From assembly GCF_026571515.1 (NCBI RefSeq), contig NW_026863180.1:1-64000 (forward strand): a stretch of DNA of 64,000 bases. Reading direction: 5' to 3'. Position numbers and translations under genes: made by a program. Below the pieces are notes generated by a model. That model saw only the letters and a list, made by a program, of their open reading frames with translations. It did not search any database and was not told the origin of the DNA. This document shows, piece after piece, positions 1 through 13,500 of the stretch; within the stretch, counting starts at the first letter, position 1, and every line of letters begins with the position of its first letter. Source of the stretch: Ruditapes philippinarum. Taxonomy: Eukaryota.

Positions 1-225
1 ACATTACTATCTATAAACATAGCCTAAGGACATTATTCTCTATAAACATAGCCTCGTTTCATTTATCTCAAAAAACATAGCCTCACAACATTACTCTCTA
101 TATACATAGCATTAGTATAATAGGCTCTTTAAACATAGACTTATTACATTGCTCTCTATCAAAAAATAGCCCCACTATTTATTCCCTATAAACATAACTA
201 CATAACATTACTCCCTTTAAGCAAA
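1..225. repeat. Degenerate 29-bp minisatellite (reverse complement of the array at 22070-22515)
   Basis: Repeated units such as ACATTACTCTCTATAAACATAGCCTCA. It sits in the same intron position as the array in the paralogous gene. Confidence 0.75.
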
Positions 226-272
226 TCCACAATATCTCTCATCCGAATTGATAATTATTTCGTTTACATTAG

Positions 273-3200
273 GTGATGATTATCAATGGAATATCAAGAC
301 AAAAACGTGTGGTAGCAAAGTGGGTGATGCAGGGTATACCAAAATTGTTGAGTATCCCCGAAGACTACACTGAAAAAATGTGCAGGATTAAAAGTGGGAT
401 AGGTAACAACAAATTACTTAAGTTAATTTTAGTGATGATTGTTGACACGATTCTTTAAATTCTTTTTTACTACATTGGTAAAGGCGGGATCTTGCTCCAT
501 AAGTTAAGATGGGTTTTTGCTACATTGCTTGAAGTGGATTCTTGCTATATATAAGTCATATTGTTAAAGATCATTAATTAATTTTCAGTTGTGTAATGAA
601 GTCTGTTAGAATGTTAGAATACTATTTTACTGGCAACAGGGTACGTTCATAACATTTGTATAAACTTCTTTAACAAAGGTCTATATAGAAAAATAATCCC
701 TACCTTACATATGTTTCACCGATGAATTTATTCATTTTCTTTATTTAGTCAGAGCAGAGTCTTCTCTTTACAACATACTACAATCTAACAGCTTGCCATT
801 ATGGGTACAGTTCCCAGCTGACCGTGTGCTTACAGTTGGTAACAAGAGCATCAATACAAACGATATTCCTCCCTGGAAAATCACAAAACGTTTTTACGAA
901 GTCTATTTACTTGCCAATACTATCATAGACGGTAGGTGTTTAAGTTATTTTCCGTAGAAACATATATTAATATTATGTTTAGGAATCCCCTATAAATTAA
1001 AAAAGGGATGGAATAGGCATTTCACTTTGAAGTTTAAAGTTGCTTAATCATATAACTACCAAATACAGGCAACATCTTCTATATTGATCCTAAATATGTC
1101 GCTTTTACAGAGTAGTTGCGATATATAGGGATCATTTCCCCGTCGTCTATCTACCCGTCTATCTGTCTGTCCGTCCGTCACAAAACTTTTCAGACTCCTC
1201 ATCAAAAACCACTTGTTCAAATTCATTCAAACTTCACAGGAATGATCAGTACCACGTCTTCACAATGTCAATGAAACTCGCCGTATGAACACATCTGCGG
1301 ATGATTCTTAATTCAAAATTGTATTGTTTCATGTTTAAATGTTGAATTCTGCTTAAGCCGGTGCTAGGGGGCATGGACGGTAGCTTTCACTTTCCAGTAC
1401 CGTCCATGAACAGGCTCAATCAAACCTAGTCTGCAACCTTTTCAATTTTGCCGTGTTGGGCCTTCTTTAGGGATTCTGTATTTTTCTATTTTACAGGATT
1501 GATCTTCAACTTAAGTACTTGTGCATATTGTACAGATTTTCCGGGTGAATTATTGTTTTCCGAGTTATGGCCCTTGAATAAAATTGTGATTTTTGTGTGT
1601 TGACAGCTACACAGAAGCTTGTCTGGACTATTTCGCAGGAACATCTGGTGCAATTACATCCAAACTTAACAGGAATAAATAGTACCAAGTCTGGTTGTGC
1701 TGATGGTTCAATACTTTTATCGTTTATCGGAGTTATGGCCCATTTATTATTTTGGTGTTTTAAGTTTGTCTGATGCAATTTCAATGAAACTTTACAGGAT
1801 TGATTGGTAGGTCAATCACTTGCCCTTACTTCCCAGGTCTTTGCTTGAATGATTTTTGGCGAGTTATGGCCCTAGAATGTAAAGGGTGTTAATAAAGTTT
1901 ATCCGGGATTCTACTCTTATACCAATGTTAAAATTTCAATGAAATTTTACAGGATTGGTTGATAGCCCAAGTTTCTGTGCATGATACACACATTTTGCCT
2001 CTTGAATAAAAGGTGTTGTTTTGTTTTGCCAGCTATGCTGAAGCTTTCTGGACTACTCCTTCTCAGACACTAGTGGTGCACTTTCATTAAAAATGTAAGG
2101 GAATGATCAATATTATGTCTAGTTGTGCATCTCATTGACATATTTCGGTTCATTGATATTTTCGTTAGAGTTATGGCCCTTTCATGATTTTATTTTTTTT
2201 AATTCTTCCGGACTACTCCTCTTATACAATGTACCACTAGTGCAATTTCAATGAAATCTTACTGAATTGATCGGTTTCGATTTATAAGTTGAATAATGAT
2301 TGGCCGAGTTATGGATATCATGAGGCGACACATGTGATTACTGATAGCTTTTGTTTGTTCATATGTACCATAAGGAAGTCCAATGATTCAGTGAGTCGTT
2401 ATATATATGTGTGTATATATGTATATATTTCATGTATTTATATAATGAAACGAAAATATATGTGCATATTTTCACGTTTTATATATACATGTATGTTTGC
2501 AGGTTACCTATGCACAGATGTGACACATGTACCTTTATACCTATCCGAGCTAAGTCTATCGGTTGTAACAGGGCTCAAAGGACAATCTGTCGATAGATGG
2601 AAGGTATTTTTCGACCAAATGGTTTACAAATGCTCGGCTTTTGAATATGATGAGCACTTTGGAAATCCTAGTGCGTATTGAAGTTATTTATGAGTTTCTT
2701 CGGAAATGCTTTTGATCATTTAATTGTACTTTACCTTATTTTTCCAACCTCTAATTGTTAAAAGCTGCCGTCTAAGATAGGATGTGGTTAGAAAACCAGC
2801 CTGGTTGTTAGAAAGTTAATTTATAATAAATGCATTAAAAACATCTCAAACTTAATTTATTATTTTCCAATATATAACGGAGTCGGATTTTTCTTCAATA
2901 GAATCGATTCATTATAAATATTAAAGGAGATAAGCTTATTTGTAGAATGTAATGTTTTGATTAATTTTCTTGTGTGACATAACCTAAAACAAAATCAATT
3001 CACCTCTTGTAAAATGATGTAGGCTTAATACGAAAAGTATTCAAATTCATAGCATGCAAATTTTGATATATTCAGTATTTTCATATCTGATACATATTGG
3101 AAATGAGTTCATGATATATGTTTTTGCAGATATTGCAGAATATGACCAGTCGTCTATACATTCCCTCACAGAGATGACATACTGTGAACCTAAATTGTAT

Positions 3201-3848
3201 TCTGATATAGTAGGCTTAGTCGAAGGCCCGCCTTTCAAAGTTACACCACATCCTTATGTCCCGCTGAGAAGCAATGGGAAGCCAGAAACAAACACTAAAC
3301 TTGCCATTCAAGCAAGGCCTTTACCACCTCTCCCGGAAGATATTCCAAAAAACAAACAGCATAAATCGAACCAATCGGATGCATTAGAATTGTCCGCAAA
3401 AATGAGCAATATGTACATCACACCAGATTATTCTGATAAAAATAAAAGTTTTAACGCAAAGCATCCGTCTTGCCAGAAAACAGAAACTAACCCACAATAC
3501 AACAACGATATTCCGAGAGCATCGATACAACCAAAAATCCCAAATCGTGTACGACATTCGAAGGAATCCTCACAAATAGCGACACCAGATCGAGCTGTCA
3601 GACCTTTCGAGTACAGGCACACTAAGGATGCAGTTATGAATGTTGAAAGTCTTTCTATGAATGAAGTGACTGAATACCTAAAAGTTCTGAACCTCGGTCA
3701 ATATGCTGAGACGTTTAAAAACAATATGATTGATGGTATGATGCTGATAGGTCTCTCGGAGAAGATGTTACGAAAAGACTTTGGCATGAATAGAGTAGAG
3801 GTCTTTAGACTGTTAAAGTTTGCAAAAGAAGGATATATACCCACTTAA
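273..3848 (+). CDS. CABIT-like domain + Pro/Tyr-rich linker + C-terminal SAM adaptor protein (GAREM/THEMIS-like architecture), paralog A, 5'-incomplete
   Basis: GT-AG exons 273-402, 749-931, 2503-2670 and 3130-3848 join in frame (phases 0/1/1/1). CABIT-like motifs LSIPEDY, LPLWVQF, YLLAN, VPLY. SAM-like C-terminus (LSMNEVTEYLKVLNLGQYAETFKNNMIDGMMLIGLSEKMLRKDFGM). Exon sizes 130/183/168 equal those of the - strand paralog. The first coding exon lies upstream of the window. Confidence 0.8.
1135..2320 (+). mobile_element. Degenerate Helentron/HINE-like element with ~150-170-bp internal tandem units (intronic)
   Basis: (GTCY)n microsatellite at ~1140-1180, then recurring units containing TTCAATGAAA and GAGTTATGGCCC (1562, 1731, 1861, 2168, ~2306). 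Absent from the matching intron of the paralog. Confidence 0.55.
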
Positions 3849-4559
3849 GTAATGTTAAACGAAAACATTTACAATCAAAATAAAAAGTGCCTTTCAGACT
3901 CAAATAGGCAAATTGTATCACACCTGATAATGCAAATAATATTCGAAATGCCTAATTTGGAAAATCGTGTGAATGAAATTGACAAAATGAGTTTGAATGC
4001 TTATAATGTTGATGTTAGATTAAACAATATTTTATTACAATTGATGCAGCTGCTTCAAGTTCATTTTTAACATGTTCGAGTAGCATCGGCGTACTCAAGG
4101 ATAGGGCGGAAAATAGACATATACATTCTTTCCAAACTAGAACGATTGAGGAGAAATTTCAGTGATTTTATAATGCCTACTCTCTGCCAAGTATTTTGCA
4201 GAATTATAGATATATGAGTATCCCATTATTAATTTGAATTTGGGGATGGTTTACTTGTTTTATTTTTCTTGAAAATATCATGGATTCGGTTTTGGACGGA
4301 TAAAAAGTAACCAACCAAACCTTTGACCATTCATGAATTTTTTTAAAGTCGTCATATAAACGCTTGGCTGCTCTACAATGATATTAAGGCTCGCAGAGGT
4401 CCGAGGATCGAGCCCTGCCGCGGACTTGGGCTTAAGCTGATTATGAGTCTAGTATAGCGCACTAGCTAGCAGACGGAAGAAATTGAGGTAATTATATGTA
4501 GTTGACAACGGGTGTATTGTTATCGCGATCAGGAGAGATAGGGAGGTGAAGCCAGGTTA

Positions 4560-6290
4560 CGAAGGGTAAAGGCGCCTTTCAATTTCAAATTGAGCTGAAA
4601 GACTTGATGGCAGAAAGACATCGCTGAAATAACGCAGCGATTTCGAATGCTTAGAATATCGCAAAACACAGCATCTTATACGGAGGTACGACAACCTCTG
4701 TGCAAGAGCTTTCAATATCGTGTAGTATGTATGGGTAAGCATAAAGATTGATTGTGGGCCAACTTTGAATGAAACACTGGATGTGGAATAAGACGTGAGG
4801 AGGGCACTAATATAAAATAATATAATATATATAATAAAGTTGTGCAAGTGTTTGTGGATACACCTCTCCATTAGTTTTTTATACAACGTAAAGGAGAAAT
4901 GGGTTGGTAGTTCGAAGGCTTAGATGGATCATTCTTTTTAAATATAGGAATGACATTGGCTATTTTCCAGGAGGAAGGAAAGGTACATTTTGAAAGTAAC
5001 ATGCTGAAAAAAGCCAGCCAAAGGTTTAGACAGAATAGAGGATCCTTCTTTCAGTAATGGTGGTCATCAAGCTTTCGATGGGTCTATTAACAATATACAT
5101 GTAGTATCTTTTACATTTGTAATTTGGGGAAGAGGTCAGTTTATATGCAAGTTCAGATTTGGGAGTTGTGTGTTTTGAACGTCAATATATGATTGTGTTC
5201 AACAAAAATTATTTAGTAGTTCTATGTTTTCTTTGTCAGTGTTTGCAGAAATTCCGTTATCAAGGAGGACTCGGATTGCTGGTTTTGATCGTTTTTGTGT
5301 GATAGATTTTGTCAGTTTAAACCAATTTTTCGTTGAGGTCTTTGATGAGTATATTTGTTCAGTTAATCTATTTTGATATTCATTTTTACATTTTCGTATT
5401 TGTTTTGATACCTCATTTCTGATTGCTCTATATTGTTGTCAAGATATCTCTGCATTCATCAGTTTTGATATATTGTAGGGCCTTTTTGCATTATTAGTTT
5501 GCGTTATTAGTTTGTTGGTCATACATGGAATATCATGAGGTCTTATTGTTACTATTTTTGTTAGGAAAATTGTTGTCTGTGGCGTTATACATGATAATAG
5601 TTTTACGTTTGACTGTTTCATCTATATCAAAGTCAGTGTTTATTATGGATTGCCAGTCGTCTGCTGAGTTAAAACAAACAAATTATTTATCATTTAGTGA
5701 TTAACCTGTTCGTGCTCTGTCTTGTGCCCCGTCCTGTTTTTGTTTTGGGTCCGCCTGGGCTCCCTGCCGCTGGTTCTTGTTGATAGGTCATATGGGGGTT
5801 GCGTTCATTGAACGCCGCCTTTCCTTGTTGATCTTAATTATCATATTTCAATTACATTTCTGTAGCCACAGCAATCACCCCTATCAAAAAGCCATATTTT
5901 GCGTTTGTATGTGGTACCTTGTTGTTTCGATAATTTCATTACTGATACAACAGGTTAAGATATAATTTGAGTTCTTTACAATCATTACATCGAGTAGTGA
6001 GTTAGAGCCTTGTGTAAAGTGGGTTGGTGTAGTAATAATCTGTTCTGCATTGTCAGACGCTTTGAGATAAGACGTACAGTTTGTTTGAATTAGAGTTTAG
6101 ATTTATGTTAAAATCGCCAGCACGCAGGATATTGTCAGATCTCTCGGAAAATGTTCATCAATACACTGTTCAAGAAATAGCCAATGCTGATTGTAAGAGT
6201 CTGGGAGTCTATAAATACCGCCTAGAAGAAGTATACGACTTTTTATATCAAGCTCCACTCATACACATTCGATACCACGTATAAATTCCT
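4560..6290 (-). mobile_element. Decayed CR1/L2-clade LINE ORF2 remnant (APE endonuclease to N-terminal RT region)
   Basis: Minus-strand translation gives LGGIYRLP (~6215), ILRAGDFNIN (~6110), PSSWKIANVIPIFKKNDPSKPSNYQPIS (~4940) and LMERCIHKHL (~4860). Many stops and frameshifts. Confidence 0.75.
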
Positions 6291-6495
6291 TCTATCTATA
6301 TAAAAAACTGGAAAAAAAATCAGATATATTGTATTATGCAGAAAACGTTCTTTTTCCTCCATGTATAGTATTCACTAAAACTATTAACAGATAATGTGGA
6401 AACAAATATTTGTGTTATATATGTATATATTTTACAAAAATATAAGCCCAGGTACACTGTAAGCAAACTTACTCATTTAGTGTGTATATACATAT

Positions 6496-7909
6496 TGTTG
6501 CGCGCCGGTGATGTCAATCTATGGGTAGCGTATAAGAAGCACCGACCTCGCAACACTGTGTTTCTATTGTTTTGCACAATGTCGTAAAGTTGGAGTCTCT
6601 AAACCAGTGTAACTAAGCGCCACAGGTTATACAAGCTGATCTTTTCTGATGAGGTGATATTGAAGAGTTTGGTCTCCACAGGGAATTATGGGAAAGTCAT
6701 ATATAAGTAAAGGGGGTTATTTATAATCCAAAGGAAAAAGACTCATATATGGCAGTACTTTCTCTTTATTCAATGTTATAAGGGGAAATATATCAATTGT
6801 AATGAATGCAAAATACAAGTCAAGAAATGTAAATATAAAAATTAATACCTCTTGTATACTATATTGCACGAAAGAAAATCCCGAAAAAGCTACGCAAAAA
6901 TTCACTAAGATCTGTCGACTAAATGGGAGTAGGGATATTATATCTCAAATGATAATTCAACAAAAATCTTGTATCTTGCTAGACTTATGAAAATCAAGAA
7001 TATAACAGATAGTTTACTTAAAAATGCCTCAAGGATATATTTAATTTATTTATACTGTAATATGAAAGAATGCTATTCACTCAAAAATTGTATTATTATG
7101 TTAACCTTACAATTATCAAAGATTGTTCAAATTGTTGCTTGAGAATGGAATCTGACAAAGATTTACCCTAGATGTTTCTAAGTTGTGGAGACCCCGAATG
7201 ACGGGAACAATCAGTTTATATACCCAAGGACTGTGCACAAAAATAGTTTGTGTGTGCACAAAAAATAAGTGCTTGTACACAAAATGTGCACAGCACGCAA
7301 AATATTAAGTGTACAATACATGAACGCCATTGGATGACAAGTGCACGAAAAAACTTTATGCACTGGCAACCAGAAATCGATGTCAAATTCCATATTTATA
7401 CCATAAATATAACCAAAAAGTAATAAAACTTAATCTATATGACAAAAATATATCAAAGACAAATGGAATCTTACATTATAACTCCTCTTCAGACTCATAT
7501 TGCCAGAAAATCGTCAAAAACACTGATATTTTAACGTTCTACAGTTGCTGGGGAGAAAGTTACCCTAACACCGCTTAACAAAACCCGGAAGTAAATTAAA
7601 TTAGCGAAAATAACATTAATTACCGGATATATAAGCCTGATAGACAATCATTTCCATTTTGAAATAATTTAAACCTGATAGCACAAATGATATCTTTAAT
7701 CATTAGATAACAATCTGTTTATAAGGCCCAAAAAGCCTAAAAAAACAGTAAGTGTACAACATTCGGATACAGCAGTTTTGTCTTACAAAATAGCGAAGTG
7801 TGAACAATAGACGGAATAAAGATGAATCTTTCAAGTACATGTTTGCCAATTTAACGTAACATATAATCAACAATAACATCAGACTAAGCATTAATGCTGG
7901 GGCATCTCA
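6496..7909 (-). repeat. 3' LTR (1414 bp)
   Basis: Near-identical to 16372-17787; bounded by TGTTG...TCTCA on the + strand; adjacent to the PPT. Confidence 0.95.
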
Positions 7910-7925
7910 TCACCCCCTTCTTTCT
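7910..7925 (-). promoter_or_regulatory. Polypurine tract (PPT)
   Basis: The minus strand reads AGAAAGAAGGGGGTGA immediately before the 3' LTR. Confidence 0.85.
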
Positions 7926-8750
7926 ATGTCAAAGCTCCGACTGACAATAAATAATAAATATGACTAGACTTAACAGTTAAATAACAAGATATGCACAAGT
8001 AATTTACTATACTATGAATAATAAATAACTGCTATCACACATTCAATATTTTGCCTTACACATTACTTTAAATATTTGACTGTTCATCTTTAACTTAAAA
8101 CTTGACTGTTCACCTTTAAGAAAAGTGACTTACATCTTAGCAGTTCATCTTTAAAGCAAAAAGTTAAAAAATGTAAAATCATTGATGATCAAAGGAAAAT
8201 CAAGTTAATAACAGCTTAACAATTGAACAATTTTGTCATGTAACAATTCGAACTTACAACATGTGAATTAAACATTTAAAGTTAAAAAATGCTAGCATTA
8301 AACAATGCATTTAACCTTTACAAACAATTCTCGTCAAATCCTACAAAGTACATCTTGTAGCACCATGAGTAATGAAAATACTCCTAAATTGCAAAAATTC
8401 TTTCGAGTCTATTGCACATTATGCAGAAACTTAATGCTCAATTGCATTAATTTAATCTTTAAAACTAATGTTCATCTTTAATTAAACACTTAGTAAAGCA
8501 CTAATACATAACTCTTACTCAAAAAGAGTTTAAGACAAAGTTTCTTTGAGTTAAAATTAAAAAAAATAGTAAATACAATCATGTATACTCTTTAAGAAAA
8601 ATTATTCCTATTTTTAATACACACAATAATTCAATAGTAATCTATCTTAACCTATTAAATAAAGCATCATTTCTTTTAAAGAACCCTGTTTAGCACATTT
8701 TACTTAAATCTGTAATACTTTTAACTGTCATTTCTCCAACTTCTATTTTT

Positions 8751-10160
8751 TTACACTTTATTCACGATAGATTTTAATGTTCTATTTTCCTTTCCCTCTT
8801 TCTTCGAATAATCCTCTCTCCTACTCGTCTCCTCACTCTTTCTTGATTTCTCCTTCCTGTTTTCATCTGCACGCTTCACTGATAACTCATTTTGACCCTC
8901 TTCCCTACGCCTCTCATGCTCTCGTCTCTGCTCTTCGCCCATCCTTTCCAGTGTTCGATTCATTTTTGACATAACTTCCATCAACTGACCTAAAGTTTTG
9001 TCAACACCTCTCACAGCTCTGCTGTTTTTCTCAAATGCGTCAGTTAATTGCTTCACCCCACTTTCAATTACACTTTCAATGACTTTTGCTAGTTTAAAGT
9101 CCTGCTTTTCTTCATTGGTTACTGTATCATCAATTCTAGGTCGTTTTGTTGCCGGTTCGACGTTTGACGTCAGCTCAACTTGGGTGGCAACCTCTACTCT
9201 TGATGTTCCAACAAGAGGATCTTCAACATTACCAGAATCACTATTTAAATTACCATTTTCAGTTTGAGCACCTGCTTCAATTTCAAGCCAGTTATGATTA
9301 AACCCAAATTCGTATTCTGACTCAGTGTTGTCGTTGATCCCGAGTAGACCTGGCAGTATGTCTTCAGTAGTAGACTGATTTATTTCAGGTGTGTTCAGTA
9401 AGGAACCCACATGTTGACTTCTATTTTTAGTTGAAGAGACATTATCTGTTGAAGGCACATTGTATAAAACATTTTGTTGATTTCCCTTAGTTTTATTGTC
9501 CTTTACAATTGGTGTAGGAATATACACTTGTGTTGATGTTGTACTTGGGCTATACATTGCCCCTGTTGTCATATTGATGGTAGAATTATCCATAGTATTT
9601 TTCTGATGGGAATTATTAACTGGTGTTTGTTGACACTGAAGAAATTTTTCAAGCATTTCTGGAGTTAACTGAATATTGATGAGACCACTTCCAGATTGTT
9701 GGTTAACAGGTGCTTGGCTAGTTGTAGGAGGTGACATTAAAGGTGCTTGGCTGACGATTGATGGTGACCTTAAAGGAACTTGGTCATCTTCCCATCCTAA
9801 AGAGCTACCTGTGTTTTCTTTGCTGTTGTGTAGAGAAGCCTCTAGGGATGATAATTCTCTTAGATCCTTACCTAGTTCAACTAGTGCTGGGCGTGGATTT
9901 TCCACAAGATACCTCCTGTCATCCGTGCGATGCTCAGCAGCTGCCAAACGATGCCTGCTATACTTAGATACGTGGTTGATTAAGGCAGACTTAGTAGAGC
10001 ACCTCAATAAACACAAAGTACAGTAAAATGGTGCTTTGTCAAGTGCGAAATGGTGCTTGTAGATGTGAGCAGTCACTCTGTAGCGAGCTTCTACGTATTT
10101 CTTTCCAGCCGCTTCACAATGAACACATGAATACATCTTGCCTCGTCGTGGTTCAGCCAT
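8751..10160 (-). CDS. Retrotransposon ORF3: two N-terminal C2H2-like zinc fingers, low-complexity linker, C-terminal coiled-coil/charged tail (469 aa)
   Basis: CVHC-x16-H-x3-HH and CTLC-x12-H-x6-H motifs. No signal peptide or transmembrane segment is visible. It lies between pol and the 3' LTR, in the sense orientation. A polypyrimidine tract and AG (TCTGTTTTTGTATCTTCTCAG) lie 6 nt before the ATG. Confidence 0.85.
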   Translation of the reverse strand: MAEPRRGKMYSCVHCEAAGKKYVEARYRVTAHIYKHHFALDKAPFYCTLCLLRCSTKSALINHVSKYSRHRLAAAEHRTDDRRYLVENPRPALVELGKDLRELSSLEASLHNSKENTGSSLGWEDDQVPLRSPSIVSQAPLMSPPTTSQAPVNQQSGSGLINIQLTPEMLEKFLQCQQTPVNNSHQKNTMDNSTINMTTGAMYSPSTTSTQVYIPTPIVKDNKTKGNQQNVLYNVPSTDNVSSTKNRSQHVGSLLNTPEINQSTTEDILPGLLGINDNTESEYEFGFNHNWLEIEAGAQTENGNLNSDSGNVEDPLVGTSRVEVATQVELTSNVEPATKRPRIDDTVTNEEKQDFKLAKVIESVIESGVKQLTDAFEKNSRAVRGVDKTLGQLMEVMSKMNRTLERMGEEQRREHERRREEGQNELSVKRADENRKEKSRKSEETSRREDYSKKEGKENRTLKSIVNKV

Positions 10161-10552
10161 TGCGTTCTGAGAAGATACAAAAACAGATTTTTAATAAACT
10201 GATAAAAATCATGATGACATTATTCTTCATATTTTGCGAAATAGATTAAGCTTCTATCATGAGAGAAGGGTGGTGGGGTGGGAATCGACAGATCTTAACA
10301 CCGCGCTAGATAATTCATTACCTCTGGACAGCGATGTGACGTTGATACTTGACGGCGAAAATATGTTGACGCTCGACGGCAAAATGACGTTGCAAATATT
10401 CGAAAAAAATAGACAGAAGAGCGAAACAATATGGCTGATACAGCTGATGCTCATTTTATTATTAATATATATTTTTACACAAAAAAACAAAAATATGTAA
10501 CACAACAAAAAGCTTATGTTGTTATGTTGATAAAATGTTGACAACTACTGCT

Positions 10553-13500
10553 TTAGATAAGTAGCTTCTTCTTTAACTTCTTAATCCATCTAGGAACATT
10601 GCATCCAACATATGGCTTTAGTTTATTGTGATGCACCACACGCTCTGATCCCTGGTCCTTTATCTGAATAACAAAGGTTAAAGGAGACAACTTCTTCAGC
10701 ACCAAGCAAGGACCTTCATAGGCTGGTTGCAACTTCGGAGCCTCACCAATTTTTCTGCATTCCGCTAAACACCACACTACATCGCCCTTCTCGTAAACAT
10801 TCATTATCATTCGTCTGTCATATATGTCTTGGCTTCGCGCAGCTGCTTTTCTTAAGTGATTCCTGGCCACATCATGTGCATGGTTAATGTTTGCTCTGAT
10901 CTTCTCTACATAGTCCCCATATTTTGATACCTGAACGTCGGACTCCTTGGTGGTACAGCCAAAAACAAGCTCTGCTGGGAGTCGTACTTCTCTTCCCATT
11001 GTCATCATATTTGGCGTCAGTTTTGTTGCTTCATTTGGGGTTGCACGGTACGCTCCTGCCAGACATCCCAGGTTCAAATCCCAATCTTCTTGTGCACCCT
11101 TAAGGTATGCTCGGATCATGCGTGCCAACGTGTGGTTAAATTTTTCTATTTGTCCATTGCATCTTGGGTTTCGAACACTTGTCCTCACCTTCTTAATGCC
11201 TAGCAACTTGCACATCTCTTGAAAGACTCTGCTTTCGTATGTTCTGCCCTGGTCGCTAAGAATAGATATAGGACATCCCCATCTAGAGACAAACTCATTT
11301 ACAATTAAATAAGCACAGGTTTCGGCTGTCTGATCAGGGGCAGGAATAACTTCAACATATTTAGAAAAAAGATCAGTGAGTACTAGGATATATCGGTTGC
11401 CACGTGGAGTAATGGGGAAGGGACCTAAATAATCGGTTGCTAAGATATCCCATGGGGCACCTGTTCTTACACTTCCCATTGGGGCTTTTGGGGGCTTTGG
11501 GGGTTTCTTATCTCTGGCGCAAATATCACATTGTCTGATAAATAGCTTAATATCTTCTCTTAAATTAAACCAGTAGAACCTTTGTAATATAACAGCTTTG
11601 GTTTTCTTTGTACCCATATGCCCTGCTAAAGGTCCCGCATGCAATTGTTGCAGTATACCTTTCTTCTCACATTGGGGTATTATTATTTGAGCATAACTTC
11701 CTGACCCGTCTTTTTTAGTGAACTCTTTTGTTAGCACCCCATCAACCACTTTCAGCTGATCCCATAATAACAGATAATGTCGTGAGGTTGAGCTCATAGT
11801 TTCTGTTTCCTCCTTAGCTGGTTTTCTGCCAGATATTTTAGCCTCTAAAACTGGTTTTATATCATTATCTTCAAGTTGTTTAGCTTGTATTTGATCAATT
11901 GTATTTCCTATCCCATATGCCCTCCAATTTGTGGTATCATCACTTGTACTTGCTGCAGGTATTTCTATATTAACCTCTCTTATCTGCCCTTGTCTTCCCT
12001 GTTCTTCAAAACTTTCAGATTTACCTGTATTTTCATTTTCACTTTGTTGATCAGGTGTTATTTGCTGTGATAATTGGTTTGCTTTCCATTCTAAAACCAT
12101 AATTTCTGCACGACGTCTACATTTATTACATGGCCCACATTTAAGAGGTTCGCTCATGTCTACTATGTTACAGTCACAGTCTCGCGGGTTGTCACATCTA
12201 GATAAGGCGTCACAGTGAGGTTGTAATTTACCAGGACGATACTGAATGGAAAAATTAAAGGCTGCAAGTATTTCAATCCACCTGGCTATTTTACCATTGG
12301 GCTCTTTGAGACTGAAAAGCCAAACCAAAGCTTGATGGTCACTTCTTACAGTAAACTTCCGGCCAAGTAGGTACTGTCTAAAGTATTGGACAAAATAGAC
12401 TATTGCAAGGAGCTCACGCTCTGTCACACAGTAATTACGTTCTGCTTTGTTAAGGGATCGGCTCGCATATGCTATAACTCTCTCACGGTTGTCTTGAAGT
12501 TGTGATAAAACACTTCCTATCCCAGTACCTGACGCGTCTACATCTAGGAAAAATTCCCCACCCTCATTAAGGGGATAACCCATTACTTCTGTATCGGTCA
12601 GTTTAACTTTCAAGTCTTGAAACGCTTTCTCACATTCAATGGTCCAAACGAAGCTTACATCCTTCTTGGTGAGATCTATCAGAGGCCTTGCTAATTTTGC
12701 GAAATCCTTTATAAAGCGTCTGTAATAAGATCCCGTGGCAACAAATTGTTTAGCTTCTTTAGAGGACATTGGTCTTGGCCACTCAGCTATCTTTGAAATA
12801 TTGGTAGGATCTGGTCTAACCCCATCCTTAGACACTATATGCCCAAGAAACACTACCTCTGTTTGGAGCATATGGCACTTATCAGGCTTTAACTTGAGAC
12901 CGGCATGTTTTATTCGGCTAAGTACCTCATCTACTCTTTGAATATGTTCTTCTAAATTTGCACCAAAGACTACTATATCATCAATATAAACTAAGCATGT
13001 CTGCCACTGCAAACCCTGTAGTGCTAATTCCATCATTCTTTGGAAGGTGCTGCTGCTGTTGCTAAGACCGAAGGGCATTCTAAGCATCTCAAATTGACCA
13101 TACTTACAAGTGAATGCACTTTTTGGCATGTCTTCTTTTTTTAGAGGAATTTGGAAGTATCCACTTGTCAAATCAAAAGAGCTAAACATACTCATTCCTG
13201 CAACTGAATCAAGGCAATCCTGGACCCTCGGAAGTGGGAAACCATCTGGCTTCACTAGTGCATTGATCTTCCTATAGTCAACACATGGTCTTATGGCCCC
13301 AGATTTCTTCCTAACGAAAACAATAGGACTGGCCCATGGCGACGTACTTTTTTGGATAACGCCCTTCTTTAACAGATCATCAATGGCTGCTTTTTCCTCA
13401 GCTGCATATGCAAGTGGGACTCGTCTTGGTCTTTGCTTAATAGGAGCTGCATCTCCAGTGTCAATTGAGTGTTCTGCAAGATCTGTCAAGCCGATGTCCC

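Noticed and set aside
6640-6670. CTGATGA in the LTR as a second hammerhead core
   Set aside because: No stem II/GAAA/NUH arrangement follows it.
6717-7891. Short ORFs duplicated at 16592-17420
   Set aside because: Chance ORFs inside the two LTR copies; no recognisable domains, and their lengths differ between copies.
8751-10160. ORF3 as an envelope gene (endogenous retrovirus/errantivirus)
   Set aside because: No signal peptide, fusion peptide or transmembrane anchor; it has zinc-finger motifs instead.
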